This document shows positions 40,795-51,823 of a stretch of 64,000 nucleotides of DNA, piece after piece. This DNA is from Candidatus Poribacteria bacterium (lineage in GTDB: Bacteria > Poribacteria > WGA-4E > JAJDTR01). The position numbers and the translations under genes are program-made. The stretch is taken from NCBI GenBank assembly GCA_965222225.1, contig CBDCTK010000002.1, positions 96,001 to 160,000 of the forward strand, given 5' to 3'. Positions within the stretch are counted from its first letter, which is position 1, and every line of letters begins with the position of its first letter. A model generated the notes under the pieces. The model saw only the letters and a program-made list of their open reading frames with translations. It ran no database searches and was not told the origin of the DNA.

Positions 40795-41805
40795 GTGAGC
40801 GAACATCATCGTGTTGCCATTGTCGGCGCAACAGGCGCTGTTGGTAATACACTCATGTCCATTCTGGAAGAGAGAGCGTTTCCTATAGCGTCTCTCAAGT
40901 TGCTGGCTTCCCACAGATCCGCAGGCGAGATTCTCACATTCAAGGATCAACCAATCATGGTTGAGAAGTTGACTCATGATTCGTTTGATGATGTAGATCT
41001 GGTGTTTTCGTCAGCAGGTTCGTCCATTAGTAAGGAGTTCATTCCAACCGCCAGTGACAAGAATTGTCTAGTCATTGACAACACGAGTGCGTTTCGCATG
41101 GACGCCGATACCCCTCTTGTGGTGCCGGAAGTAAACATGAGAGCCGCGATAAAGCATAAAGGCTTAATCGCTAATCCGAATTGTTCAACGATTCAGATGG
41201 TGGTCGCTCTCAAACCGATCTACGACCGTGTCGGGATTAAGCGGATTGTTGTCTCAACGTATCAGAGCGTGTCAGGCAAGAGTGGTTCAGCGGTGCTTGA
41301 ACTGGTTGATCAGACAACGGCGGCACTGGAAGGACGACCGATTGAGCCGGATAAGTTTCCACACCAGATGGCGTTTAACGTCGCATTCGATTGGCCGTTT
41401 ACCGACAGTGGTGACAGTGAGGAAGAAGTGAAAATGGTTAATGAGACGCGAAAGATCTTGGAAGATGACACAATTGCCGTGTCCGCAACCACGGTTCGCG
41501 TGCCAGTTTTCTTTTCCCACTCTGAATCTATCAACGTGGAAACCGAGGACAAACTCTCCGCGGAAGAAGCGCGTCAACTTCTATCAGAATCTCCCGGTGT
41601 AGTGGTAATGGACGATCCGGCGAACAGAAAATATCCGCTTGCGGTTGACGTTGCCGGAAGGGACGAGGTGTACGTCGGACGCATTCGAGAAGACCGCTCA
41701 ATTGAAAATGGGCTTAATCTCTGGGTGGTAGCTGACAATCTCCGCAAAGGAGCCGCTCTCAATGCCATTCAGATTGCCGAAATGCTGGATCGTATCAGCG
41801 TCTAA
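40795..41805 (+). CDS. asd: Aspartate-semialdehyde dehydrogenase
   Basis: GATGAVG, NPNCST, STYQSVSG, RVPVFFSHSE, DNLRKGAALN. Confidence 0.97.
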   Translation: MSEHHRVAIVGATGAVGNTLMSILEERAFPIASLKLLASHRSAGEILTFKDQPIMVEKLTHDSFDDVDLVFSSAGSSISKEFIPTASDKNCLVIDNTSAFRMDADTPLVVPEVNMRAAIKHKGLIANPNCSTIQMVVALKPIYDRVGIKRIVVSTYQSVSGKSGSAVLELVDQTTAALEGRPIEPDKFPHQMAFNVAFDWPFTDSGDSEEEVKMVNETRKILEDDTIAVSATTVRVPVFFSHSESINVETEDKLSAEEARQLLSESPGVVVMDDPANRKYPLAVDVAGRDEVYVGRIREDRSIENGLNLWVVADNLRKGAALNAIQIAEMLDRISV

Positions 41806-41999
41806 GAGCCTGTTTGAATAATCGGTGGCAAAGCCATTTTTAGTCATTTGTCGGAAGTTTTTTCATGTTTTCATTGTTGGCTGCTACATACCTGTAGGAT
41901 CTCTATCGCAGTCGCTATTCGCTCCCTTGATCCCACTCTGGGGCTTTAGATGCTGGTGCGCGGTGCGCACCCTACAAACTGTACTTTTCAAACAGGTTC
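41806..41999. mobile_element. 194-bp MITE with IS5-family-like ends and TAA duplication
   Basis: TAA|GAGCCTGTTTGAA ... TTCAAACAGGTTC|TAA; contains a REP-like unit at 41955-41975. Confidence 0.7.
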
Positions 42000-42301
42000 T
42001 AAGGAAAACTGAGACGATTGAAATCTTGGAGTTGATTCCATCCTTGATTCGGAGCCGTGTTTTGTTCCGCCGAGCATGCGAGGCAAAACAACTTCCCCTT
42101 TCAACAAGGCGAGATGAATAGCACAATCGAGGGGGGTTGATACCTAAACTCTAAAGGAATGGCAACTGATTGTTCTCAGTTGCACTAATGGGGCGGATTA
42201 TCATCTGTAGCCAAGTGGGTTCGTATCATTCAATATCCATTGTTAATTATGTGTTTCGTATTATCCAGAACAGGTGGTGAATACGCTAGGAGAGGTGCTG
42301 A

Positions 42302-43168
42302 ATGGCACAACGGGATTATTATGAGGTGCTTGGCGTAAGCCGGGACGCATCTCCCGACGAAATAAAAAAAGCTTATCGCAAGCTTGCTGTCAAAAATCAT
42401 CCGGACAAAAACCCGGGGAATGCCGCGGCAGAGGAAAAGTTCAAAGAAGCCTCCAACGCTTACGAAGTTCTCTCCGATCCGAAGAAGCGCCAAATATATA
42501 ACCAGCGTGGACACGCGGGCGTTAACGACATGGGATTTCATGGGTTCACGAACATGGAGGACATTTTTTCCAATTATGGCGATATTTTCGGTCGGACCGT
42601 ATTTGGGAATTTTGGCGATGTCTTTGGGGATGTGTTCAGTCGCCAAGGTCCAGGCAAACCTCAAGCACAAGCTTCAGACATGCGTATCAAATTGACTGTT
42701 TCGTTCATGGAGGCCGTATATGGAACCGAGAAACAGGTCAATGTTCAGGGCAAAAACATCACGATCAAAATTCCGGCAGGAATAAAGGACGGGCAAACCC
42801 TTCGGCTTCAGGGACAGGGAGGTCGAGCGTTGGGTAGTCGAACATCGGGAGTACTGTTGGTGACCATCTCAGTTGAGCCCCATCCGGATTTTAAACGTGA
42901 AGGGTTAGATCTTATTACGCAGGTTGCTATTCCATTTACCCTCGCTGCTCTTGGTGGGAAGGTGCGGGTCCCAACCTTGACGGGACAAATCAACTTAACA
43001 ATACCGCACGGAAGCCAGTCGGGATCGCAATTGCGGTTGCGTGGCCAAGGGATAGTTGATTCGGCGGGGAGGAAAGGCGATTTACGGGTCTTGGTTCAGG
43101 TCGAAATTCCGAAGTCGTTAACCCAAAAACAAAGAGACTTGCTCAACGAGTTGGACAAAACGCTTTAA
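42302..43168 (+). CDS. DnaJ-class chaperone without zinc finger (CbpA-like)
   Basis: J domain with HPD, G/F region, DnaJ C-terminal domain; no CxxCxGxG repeats. Confidence 0.92.
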   Translation: MAQRDYYEVLGVSRDASPDEIKKAYRKLAVKNHPDKNPGNAAAEEKFKEASNAYEVLSDPKKRQIYNQRGHAGVNDMGFHGFTNMEDIFSNYGDIFGRTVFGNFGDVFGDVFSRQGPGKPQAQASDMRIKLTVSFMEAVYGTEKQVNVQGKNITIKIPAGIKDGQTLRLQGQGGRALGSRTSGVLLVTISVEPHPDFKREGLDLITQVAIPFTLAALGGKVRVPTLTGQINLTIPHGSQSGSQLRLRGQGIVDSAGRKGDLRVLVQVEIPKSLTQKQRDLLNELDKTL

Positions 43169-43217
43169 CCCACGTAAGATTATTATCGCCCTACCAACGC
43201 AGGAGGAAGACATCAAG

Positions 43218-44405
43218 ATGCTTTCACTCTCGCAACGGAGCGAGAAAGTTGCTCCCTCGTCAACATTAGCGATTACAGCGAAGATAAATTCAATGCAGGC
43301 AGAGGGGATTGATATCGTCAAATTCGCTGCCGGAGAACCCGATTTCGACACTCCCGAATACATCAAAGATGCCGCAATTGAGTCACTGAGGAACGGATTT
43401 ACCAAGTATACGCCGGTTGCCGGTATTACAGAACTAAGAGAGGCGGTTGTCGAGAAATTCAAGAGGGACAACAATTTAGTTTACTCTCCGTCGCAGATTA
43501 TCGTTTCGTGTGGTGCCAAACACTCCATATACAATATCTTGCAGGCGATCTGCAATCCGGGAGACGAGGTTGTTTTTGCCGCACCTTATTGGGTTAGCTA
43601 TCCAGAGATGGTGAAACTAGCGGATGCCAAACCAATAGTCGTTGAGACAACCGCGGACCAAAACTTTTGCATGAAGCCGGAGCAGATTGAAAGCGTACTA
43701 TCGGATAGAACGAAGGCGATTATCATTAGTAGTCCTAGCAATCCGACCGGAACCGTCTATGACGCTGCAACACTGGCGCAAATCGGGGAGCTTGCGCTCA
43801 AGCACCAGTTCTACGTAATCTCGGACGAAATCTACGAATCGCTGCTCTATGACAATTTGAAGCACCAAAGCATCGCATCTCTTGATGAAGCCGTTCAGGA
43901 GATTACCTTCGTTGTCAACGGCGTATCGAAAGCCTATTCCATGACCGGTTGGCGTATCGGATACGCGGCAGGTCCGGAAAAAGCGATTCAAGCGATGTCG
44001 CGTATTCAATCGCACAGCACTTCCAACCCAACCTCAATCGCGCAGATTGGTGCTCTTACTGCACTAACCGCGTCACAGGAAGCGGTTGAGGAGATGCGAC
44101 GGGCATTTGAGGAGCGGCGAAACGTCATCTGTCAACGATTTGACGAAATTGAAGGCTTTACGTACGCCAAACCGCAGGGTGCCTTTTACATTTTTCCGGA
44201 TGTTTCCGCACATTATGGGCGTAACATCAACGGGAAAACCGTTAATGGATCTTTGGACATGACGGCTTACTTACTCGTCAACGCAAGGGTGGGCGTAATT
44301 CCGGGAAGTGCATCGGGTGCCGACAACCATCTTCGACTTTCTTTTGCAACATCATTGGCAGAGATAAACAGGGGTTTGGACAGAATTGAGGAAGCACTCG
44401 CCTAA
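43218..44405 (+). CDS. aspC: PLP-dependent aspartate aminotransferase (class I/II)
   Basis: GEPDFDTP, SPSNPTG, SDEIY, SKAYSMTGWRIGY. Confidence 0.9.
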   Translation: MLSLSQRSEKVAPSSTLAITAKINSMQAEGIDIVKFAAGEPDFDTPEYIKDAAIESLRNGFTKYTPVAGITELREAVVEKFKRDNNLVYSPSQIIVSCGAKHSIYNILQAICNPGDEVVFAAPYWVSYPEMVKLADAKPIVVETTADQNFCMKPEQIESVLSDRTKAIIISSPSNPTGTVYDAATLAQIGELALKHQFYVISDEIYESLLYDNLKHQSIASLDEAVQEITFVVNGVSKAYSMTGWRIGYAAGPEKAIQAMSRIQSHSTSNPTSIAQIGALTALTASQEAVEEMRRAFEERRNVICQRFDEIEGFTYAKPQGAFYIFPDVSAHYGRNINGKTVNGSLDMTAYLLVNARVGVIPGSASGADNHLRLSFATSLAEINRGLDRIEEALA

Positions 44406-44472
44406 TAACGCGCGATACAGTGGCCCAAAGAATTTCGCCGACCTGCGGCACAACAAAAATGGGAACGCATTA

Positions 44473-44988
44473 ATGACGAATTTTCTTGATTATATTCGAG
44501 ATGTACCGGATTTTCCCAAACAGGGCATCGTATTTAAAGATATTACGCCACTTCTTCAAAGTAAATCGGCATTTCGTGATGCTATTGAGGTGATGAGAGC
44601 GAACTATCAACCGAAGGAAATTGATGTGGTCGTCGGAATTGATGCGAGAGGGTTTATTATTGGCGGTGCCTTGGCGCATCAATTAGAGGTTGGTTTTGTT
44701 CCTGTCCGCAAAAGCGGAAAACTGCCGTACCACACCTACGAAGCGGAATACGATCTTGAATACGGTACTGACACGCTTGCCATCCATCAAGACGCTTTTC
44801 GCGCTGAAAGTCGTGTGTTAATCTGTGACGACGTTATTGCGACCGGTGGCACCATTGCCGCCACCATCGAACTCGTCGAGAAACTTGGCGGACATGTTGC
44901 CGGAATCGGGGTTCTTATTGAGCTAACCATTCTCAACGGGCGCGAAAAATTCGGAGACCACGAGCTTTTTTCTCTAATTGAATTTTGA
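44473..44988 (+). CDS. apt: Adenine phosphoribosyltransferase
   Basis: DFPKQGIVFKDITPLL, RKSGKLP, LEYG, DDVIATGGT. Confidence 0.96.
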   Translation: MTNFLDYIRDVPDFPKQGIVFKDITPLLQSKSAFRDAIEVMRANYQPKEIDVVVGIDARGFIIGGALAHQLEVGFVPVRKSGKLPYHTYEAEYDLEYGTDTLAIHQDAFRAESRVLICDDVIATGGTIAATIELVEKLGGHVAGIGVLIELTILNGREKFGDHELFSLIEF

Positions 44989-45227
44989 CAGTGGGTATGC
45001 TATACTAAACCTTACCTTGGTTGTATTTCAGCTAGGAAAATAGGAACATACAGCTTTTTCATTGTGGGAAGCCCCGGTTATGAATATAGCTTATCAATAA
45101 AGTTTCAGAAGACTCAGCCACACGAATATAGAATCGGCTCGACTCCTCATCTGATGCGCTAAATGAGGGATTTTCACGTACAGACCCGGTTTGGCGCTAT
45201 TTGGCGCTAACGGTGATAAAACACGAT

Positions 45228-45300
45228 GCGCCTGTAGCTCAGGGGATAGAGCAGAGGCTTCCTAAGCCTCGTGCCGGGGGTTCGAATCCTCCCAGGCGCA
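45228..45300 (+). tRNA. tRNA-Arg (anticodon CCT); CCA not encoded
   Basis: Acceptor GCGCCTG/CAGGCGC, D arm GCTC/GAGC, anticodon arm GAGGC-TTCCTAA-GCCTC, GGTTCGAATCC T arm. Confidence 0.95.
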
Positions 45301-45324
45301 TCATCCATTTTCTAGGAGAAATTG

Positions 45325-47289
45325 ATGTACCAACTCAGTATATGGAAACTTGCTTTAATCATTGTGATACTTCTATTTGCAGTACTGTACCTGATTCCTA
45401 CCCCCGACTACTTTTTTAATCCGCTCTATGGAAATCTCCCTCTCTGGATGCAGGAAAGGTTACCCAAGTTTGAAACGACTGACGAAAACAGCTTGAAGGT
45501 CAGCTTGAATGACGTTCAATTTCCCGAAGGAATCAACTTTCATGATGCCAAGACGGAGTTAAAGGGTGTTTTACGTGTACATCTGGGTAAACGTGGGTTT
45601 GCAGAAGAAACGGATTACGAGTTCGTCGATCCAGAGTCATCCGATTTCATTGTCAAATTCGCTCAGGAAAAAAGCGCCGCCGATCTCCAAGCGGTTCTCG
45701 AAGATTTGCATCTCTACGGAAGCCTGCCAACAGTTGTGCGCAAATTGATCCCTAGCAATCGGCTAAAACTAGGACTCGATCTCAAGGGTGGAGTTCGTCT
45801 TGTTCTTGAAGTCGATCCGGAAAAAACCAAGGCGGAATTTCTAAAGGAGCGCGCCTCTTCCATCCCGGAGCGGCTAAGGGCTGATGACATACTGTGCAAG
45901 AAAGTGGACGTTGTCGCCGAACAGGAATCGCTGAATGTATTCATTCTCGTCAAGAAGAAATACAGAGCTGAAGCTGAACAAAAAACGGAATACCTGAATA
46001 AAGCCCGGGAACTGCTCAATGAATTGGAATATTTTGATAATGCGACGGAGATTTCTGCCACCGATACCCAGGTCGTCTACGAAATGCACCTTAGCAAGGA
46101 TGGAATTGAGAAATACAGTGAGGGTGCGATTGAGCAGGTGTTAATCGTTCTAAGGAACCGTGTTGATGCGTTTGGTGTCGCCGAGCCTTCAATCCGACGC
46201 GAAGCTAACAGGCCACGAATTATTGTTGAACTGCCCGGTGCTAAGGACTCCTCCAAACCCCTCCAGATTGTCAAGACAATGGGCAGGTTAGAGTTCAAAC
46301 TTGTCCAGAAAAACCCAAACGGCGGCATCTACTGGTCAGGCTCTGCTGATTCTCAACCGCCTGAAGATATTCCTGAAGGCACAGAGATACACCGCCATCA
46401 CGATGATGGAACTGCCCAAGCGAATAGCTGGTACGTGTTGCAGAGCCCGGTTCTGCTTACCGGCGATCGGATAACGGGTGCGGGACCAAGTCAAGGAGCG
46501 ACGAGTTTCGAAATTGCCGTGTCCATGAGTTTTGACTCGGCAGGACGACGCAAATTTGCCGAAGTCACGAGCAATCATGTTAATGAAGCCTTGGCAATTC
46601 TGCTAGATGGAAGAGTGCAATCGGCGCCTCGGATTGAGGAACCGATTGTTGGCGGACAAGCACGTATCACCGGGGACTTCACTTTTGAGGAAGCCAACTA
46701 TTTGTCGAATATTCTCAAGTCGGGCGCTTTTCCGGTGGGCGTGAGGATTGCTGAAGAACGCACGGTAGGTCCTACGCTTGGACAGGAGTCGATTGACAAC
46801 GGTATCAGGGCGGCACTTATTGGCATGGGAGGTGTAATTATATTCATGTTGATCTACTACAAACTTTCCGGATTGGTCGCCATCAGTGCCTTAATTTGCA
46901 ATATGGCAATCCTTCTGGGAGCACTCGCAGGCTTCGGTGCAGCATTGACATTGCCGGGCATCGCAGGCCTCCTTTTGACGATTGGAATGTCCGTTGACGC
47001 CAATGTGCTAATCTTCGAACGCATCCGCGAAGAATTGCGTACGGGAAAGAACGTATGGTCGGCAATTGTCAGCGGTTATCAAAGAGCATTCTTGACAATC
47101 GTTGACGCAAATCTTACCACGTTTTTCACGGCACTAGTACTCTACCAGTTTGGGACGGGCCCCATTAAGGGATTCGCGATTACCCTCGGAATTGGCATAT
47201 TGGCTAGTATGTTCACGGCGATTGTTGTTACTCGCGAAATCTACGGGTGGGTCATCGGCCAACGCAGCATTGAGAAACTCAGCATTTAG
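45325..47289 (+). CDS. secD: Protein translocase subunit SecD
   Basis: LGLDLKGG, RVDAFGVAEP, VGPTLG, VDANVLIFERIREE. Confidence 0.96.
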   Translation: MYQLSIWKLALIIVILLFAVLYLIPTPDYFFNPLYGNLPLWMQERLPKFETTDENSLKVSLNDVQFPEGINFHDAKTELKGVLRVHLGKRGFAEETDYEFVDPESSDFIVKFAQEKSAADLQAVLEDLHLYGSLPTVVRKLIPSNRLKLGLDLKGGVRLVLEVDPEKTKAEFLKERASSIPERLRADDILCKKVDVVAEQESLNVFILVKKKYRAEAEQKTEYLNKARELLNELEYFDNATEISATDTQVVYEMHLSKDGIEKYSEGAIEQVLIVLRNRVDAFGVAEPSIRREANRPRIIVELPGAKDSSKPLQIVKTMGRLEFKLVQKNPNGGIYWSGSADSQPPEDIPEGTEIHRHHDDGTAQANSWYVLQSPVLLTGDRITGAGPSQGATSFEIAVSMSFDSAGRRKFAEVTSNHVNEALAILLDGRVQSAPRIEEPIVGGQARITGDFTFEEANYLSNILKSGAFPVGVRIAEERTVGPTLGQESIDNGIRAALIGMGGVIIFMLIYYKLSGLVAISALICNMAILLGALAGFGAALTLPGIAGLLLTIGMSVDANVLIFERIREELRTGKNVWSAIVSGYQRAFLTIVDANLTTFFTALVLYQFGTGPIKGFAITLGIGILASMFTAIVVTREIYGWVIGQRSIEKLSI

Positions 47290-47305
47290 AAAAGGAGACG
47301 TTGAG

Positions 47306-48220
47306 TTGGAATTACTTAGAAACGCAAATTTTGATTTTATCGGCAATTACCGAACAGGATTTATTCTATCGGGTATCGTGATTGTTATAGGTTTGATTTT
47401 TCTTGGCAAGGACGGAGGACCGAATTTTGGTATTGATTTCCGCGGCGGGGTCAAAATTCAAGCCAAATTCAACCGGGCGGTGACAGAAAAAGAGCTTACG
47501 GATAAACTAGAATCGCTTGGGTTCGGCGGAGCCAAAACGCAGGTCAATTCGGAAAAGCAGGAAGCCGCAATCTCACTTGGATACAGCGGCGACTTTGAAG
47601 CGCAAGCGGGCAGGAAAATCTCTGATGGGCTGATTGAGGGAAATGCAGATTGGCATGCACTGCCTCAAGGGGTGAACGTTTCGGCTGTTGGGCCCAGCGT
47701 TGGCAAAGATTTGAAATGGGCAGCATTGTGGTCCGTCCTCTCGGCCATCGCAATTCTCCTTGCCTACATATCGTGGCGTTTTGAATTCCGCTTCGCAATT
47801 GGCGCTATTGCCGCACTAATTCATGATGTCCTAATTACCTTGGGAGTATTTGCCGTATTTTCCAAAGAGATTAACCTTCCGACAGTCGCCGCGTTTCTTA
47901 CAATTATCGGATACTCCCTCAACGACACGATTGTTGTGTTTGACCGCATCCGCGAAAACACGCGAATGCTTAAAGGGATTGAATACAGTGAGACGCTCAA
48001 CCGAAGTATTAACCAATCTCTTAGCCGCACAGTAATTACCTCTTTAACGACCTTCTTCGTTGTGCTTGTTATTTTCTTCCTATCAAGCTCGGGCGAGGAG
48101 ATTAACACTTTTGCGTTAGCTCTCATCGTTGGTGTCATTATCGGCACCTATTCGTCCATTTTCGTTGCAAGCCCAATTCTGCATCTGTGGAATCTGAAAG
48201 CCAGACAGAACGCCGCGTAG
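47306..48220 (+). CDS. secF: Protein translocase subunit SecF
   Basis: GIDFRGG, VGPSVG, HDVLIT, GYSLNDTIVVFDRIRE; AAGGAG before TTG 47306. Confidence 0.96.
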   Translation: MELLRNANFDFIGNYRTGFILSGIVIVIGLIFLGKDGGPNFGIDFRGGVKIQAKFNRAVTEKELTDKLESLGFGGAKTQVNSEKQEAAISLGYSGDFEAQAGRKISDGLIEGNADWHALPQGVNVSAVGPSVGKDLKWAALWSVLSAIAILLAYISWRFEFRFAIGAIAALIHDVLITLGVFAVFSKEINLPTVAAFLTIIGYSLNDTIVVFDRIRENTRMLKGIEYSETLNRSINQSLSRTVITSLTTFFVVLVIFFLSSSGEEINTFALALIVGVIIGTYSSIFVASPILHLWNLKARQNAA

Positions 48221-48547
48221 ACATGTTGGCGCTTGTTCCGATTCGGTTTCGGCAATCGGATGATATTAATTTGTCCAAGTTCGATTTCCATTCTCGCGAA
48301 GTGATGGAATATACCAGACAGAAAGAGGGAGTTTTGTTTACAGGATTCATTTAGAAAAAAGACTATCATCATCGCCTATCTCCGATGCCTGTAGTGGAGT
48401 AGTAGATATATGTTGCATATGCCAAATCTTCAAATTTGGCATGTTGGGACATTCGGAACGCCAACCCCATCCCCTCACTGCGTCAAAAACACTAACCGTA
48501 TCAATACCGAAATTAGATAATCTAGCCAACACTCTGATTGAATAGCT

Positions 48548-49336
48548 ATGGGCATCCCTTGGTGGCTATTTCTCTTGACGGGAAGCCTCCTCATCCTAGT
48601 TGTCCTTGTCTTAACAGTTGGGGTGATTAGGCGACGGCAAGGGCGTCGACCAACGCTACCTAGCGAAACATCTTCCGACCAATTTGATGCGCATGCCCGA
48701 GAATTGGTACATGAAATACGGAATCCGCTCAATAGTGTCAGCCTGAATCTTCAACTGATAGAAGAAGATTTGTCTGCAGTCGAAATTCAGGAAGCGGACG
48801 AAGTGCTGAATCGGATACGACGCATTCGCTCTGAAATTGAGCGCTTAAATCAAATTCTGACCGATTATCGGCGTTTTACCGGGCTTCCGCCCCTCTCTTT
48901 ACGGCAGAGTAACCTTGGCGCGTTAATTGAGGAGGTTCTGGAATTCACTGAACCGGAAGCGCAAAGCCGGAATATCAAGGTCGTCCGCGAGATTCAAGAA
49001 CTTCCTTCAATCGAACTTGATCCGGAGCAGTTTAAACAAGCGTTATGGAACCTAATCATAAACGCAACTCAAGCGATGGAAAATGGGGGTACATTGACTG
49101 TACGGGCGTCAGCTTTGAACGACAATATCCAGATTGATGTACAGGATACGGGGGAGGGCATCTCTCCAGATATTGCAGTTAGGATTTTCGATCTCTTTTT
49201 CCACACGAAGGAAAACGGCACGGGCGTTGGTCTAGCAATTGTAAAGAGAGTCATAGAAGGTCACGGTGGCAGGCTTAGCGCAACTAACCAACCGAATCAA
49301 GGTGCTACATTTTCGATTGAGCTGCCCATCCGTTGA
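48548..49336 (+). CDS. Small histidine kinase with a single N-terminal TM helix
   Basis: HEIRNPL, NLIINA, DTGEGI, GTGVGL. Confidence 0.9.
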   Translation: MGIPWWLFLLTGSLLILVVLVLTVGVIRRRQGRRPTLPSETSSDQFDAHARELVHEIRNPLNSVSLNLQLIEEDLSAVEIQEADEVLNRIRRIRSEIERLNQILTDYRRFTGLPPLSLRQSNLGALIEEVLEFTEPEAQSRNIKVVREIQELPSIELDPEQFKQALWNLIINATQAMENGGTLTVRASALNDNIQIDVQDTGEGISPDIAVRIFDLFFHTKENGTGVGLAIVKRVIEGHGGRLSATNQPNQGATFSIELPIR

Positions 49337-49384
49337 CAATGAAATCTGCGCCATTCCGGTAACAGAATCAACCCTCAATAAACG

Positions 49385-49404
49385 TGTAACCTAATCTGGT
49401 TACA
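49385..49404. promoter_or_regulatory. Palindromic candidate operator
   Basis: TGTAACC-N6-GGTTACA in the intergenic gap. Confidence 0.4.
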
Positions 49405-49585
49405 GCAGTGATTTATACAAAAATAATCGCTAACCACCCGAAGACCTCCTCCAATTAGGCATAACTTTCACGTGTTGGCAATGAAGCGCTTAGACGCGGA
49501 ATTGTCGGTTAGCGAAGTTTCGGATATTGAACAGCGTGAAGCCAGAACGTCGTAGGAACCGTGAAAACACGGAGCGAGAGCTGAA

Positions 49586-50983
49586 TTGAATCCCAGAATA
49601 CTCATTGTAGACGATGATTCATCAGGTCTTGAAGCCACCGCCGAAGTTCTGAAGCGAGAAGGGTACGACATCTTTACAGCGACGGGAGGGCGTGCCGCGC
49701 TTGAGATTCTGGACGCGGAAAGCATTGATGTTGTAATCACTGACGAAAAGATGCCGGACATGAGCGGCATTGAGTTGTTGAAGTATATTCATACCAATCA
49801 TCCCTATGCACCGGTCATTCTGCTTACCGCCTATGGCAGTGTCCCTAGCGCTGTCGAAGCCATCCAAACCGGTGCTGTCTCTTATCTTGAGAAACCGATC
49901 AGAATAGAATTGCTACGCCACGAGGTCAAGAATGCGTTAGAGAAGCGTACCCTGTATCTACAAAATGTTAACCTTCGGGTACAGCTTGATGGTAAATTCG
50001 GATTTGCGAACATCATTGGTACTTCAAAACCGATGCAGGAGCTTTTTGGCATAATCCGGCGCATTGCCCCGACGAATGTAACCGTCCTGATTACGGGTGA
50101 AAACGGTGTAGGAAAAGAACTCATCGCGAAAGCTGTTCACAATCACAGTCGGCGCAAAGACAAATTGTTCAGGGACCTTAACTGTGGCGCAATCCCCCGG
50201 GAGTTGATTGACGGCGAGTTTTTTGGTCATGAAAAGGGCGCCTTTACCGGTGCGGTTGCGCGGAGGTTGGGTGTATTCGAGCAAGCAGATGGCGGAACCC
50301 TGTTTCTAGATGAGATTGGTGAAATGACACGCGAAACGCAGGTGAGATTTCTCCGTGTCTTGGAGACGCAAGAATTCAGGCGCCTAGGTGGCGACAAGAA
50401 TATCCGAGTTGATGTTCGAATTATCGCCGCGTCGAATAAAGATTTAAATGCGGCAGTAAGAAACGGATCGTTTCGCGAGGATCTCTTCCATCGAATCAAC
50501 CGGTTCCCGCTACGCGTGCCGCCTCTCCGAGAGCGACGCGAGGATCTTCCGTTGCTTGCCAGTCAATTCCTTCGAGAATTTAGCAAGGAGCACGAACTGC
50601 CTGTGACGGACATCTCCCCCGACGCAATGAATCGTCTTAAATATGCGGATTGGTCCGGCAATGTGCGTCAATTGCGGAATGTTATTGAAACAGCGGTAAT
50701 CTTATCCACAACTGGAGCAATTCAACTCTGGGATCTTCCACCGGAAATCCAGGCGGGCCCCCCTGCTCTTCTTCCGGCGTCGAGTGAGACTGATGGCATA
50801 GTTGGAAGGGTTGGGATGACTATGGGCGAGATTGAAAAGGAGGCTATACACAAGACCTTGGCGGACACGGGAGGGAATAAGACTCAAGCCGCGAAGATTC
50901 TCAAGATGGGTTTACGCACACTGCATCGCAAAGTGCAAACCTACGGACTAGAAAATAAGGAAGATTGGCATGATGAGGCGTGA
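49586..50983 (+). CDS. NtrC/AtoC-family sigma54 response regulator
   Basis: REC, GENGVGKE, GAFTGA, Fis HTH. Confidence 0.92.
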   Translation: MNPRILIVDDDSSGLEATAEVLKREGYDIFTATGGRAALEILDAESIDVVITDEKMPDMSGIELLKYIHTNHPYAPVILLTAYGSVPSAVEAIQTGAVSYLEKPIRIELLRHEVKNALEKRTLYLQNVNLRVQLDGKFGFANIIGTSKPMQELFGIIRRIAPTNVTVLITGENGVGKELIAKAVHNHSRRKDKLFRDLNCGAIPRELIDGEFFGHEKGAFTGAVARRLGVFEQADGGTLFLDEIGEMTRETQVRFLRVLETQEFRRLGGDKNIRVDVRIIAASNKDLNAAVRNGSFREDLFHRINRFPLRVPPLRERREDLPLLASQFLREFSKEHELPVTDISPDAMNRLKYADWSGNVRQLRNVIETAVILSTTGAIQLWDLPPEIQAGPPALLPASSETDGIVGRVGMTMGEIEKEAIHKTLADTGGNKTQAAKILKMGLRTLHRKVQTYGLENKEDWHDEA

Positions 50984-51088
50984 CATCGCCATTAATGTCG
51001 CGGTCAATCAACGATGCACTTAAGCACGCCAGCGGATTTGTGTCAGCAAACTTGTGTGAAAGGTGCATGACGCGAGGAGTGAAGTATT

Positions 51089-51823
51089 GTGACGGATAGG
51101 ATTCTGATAACCGATGAAATGGTGATGAAGCACCATAACGAAGGGTATTTCACAGTTGAAGGTTTGTTCTCAAGCGATGAGGTAGAAGGCGTGCGGCGAG
51201 AGATTACCAATATTGTTGAAGACTATCCGCCTATGGAGAGGGAGCTCGTGCAAATTGAACCCACCGTGACAGAAGGAAAGGACACACCCGAATCCACGGA
51301 ACTAGGTGTCCGCAAACTAGCGAAGATTGCGGTAAGAAATGATTTCTTTCGCAATCTAGCTTTTCATCAGGGAATGGTGGAGATTGCAACGAGGCTATTG
51401 GGCCCGGATGTTTATCTATTCCAAAGCATGTCCTTACTGAAGCCGCCGCGAATCGGCGGCGCGAAGATGTGGCATCAGGACAATGCCTACTTTCGCCAAA
51501 CCCCGAGCGATGTGGTTGGGTTTTGGGTTGCCTGTGATGACACGACGGTCGAGAACGGTTGTATGCACGTCATACCCGGATCGCACATTAGCGGAACTAA
51601 GGAACACGGCATGGTGGACAACGATTATGTCCTACTTAATCAGCCATCGACTGAAAACGCGGCGCCAATTTCTCTTGAGACAGGTGATGCGCTTATTTTT
51701 CACGGTGAAATCTGCCATCACACTCCGCCAAGTAAAACCGATAAACGTCGGCGCGCGATTCAATATCACTATTCTTCTGCTAAGTGTCAGCGAACTAACG
51801 ACCAAACTCCGGATTTTATTTAA
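51089..51823 (+). CDS. PhyH-family Fe(II)/2-oxoglutarate dioxygenase
   Basis: WHQD, ENGCMHVIPGSH, distal His, RRA. Confidence 0.92.
   Translation: MTDRILITDEMVMKHHNEGYFTVEGLFSSDEVEGVRREITNIVEDYPPMERELVQIEPTVTEGKDTPESTELGVRKLAKIAVRNDFFRNLAFHQGMVEIATRLLGPDVYLFQSMSLLKPPRIGGAKMWHQDNAYFRQTPSDVVGFWVACDDTTVENGCMHVIPGSHISGTKEHGMVDNDYVLLNQPSTENAAPISLETGDALIFHGEICHHTPPSKTDKRRRAIQYHYSSAKCQRTNDQTPDFI

Noticed and set aside
45007-45227. ncRNA between the promoter-like site (44978-45006) and the tRNA
   Set aside because: Only short local hairpins; no recognisable family or long-range pairing.
45228-45300. tRNA as an island attachment site
   Set aside because: No integrase, no duplicated tRNA 3' end seen, and it is flanked by core genes.
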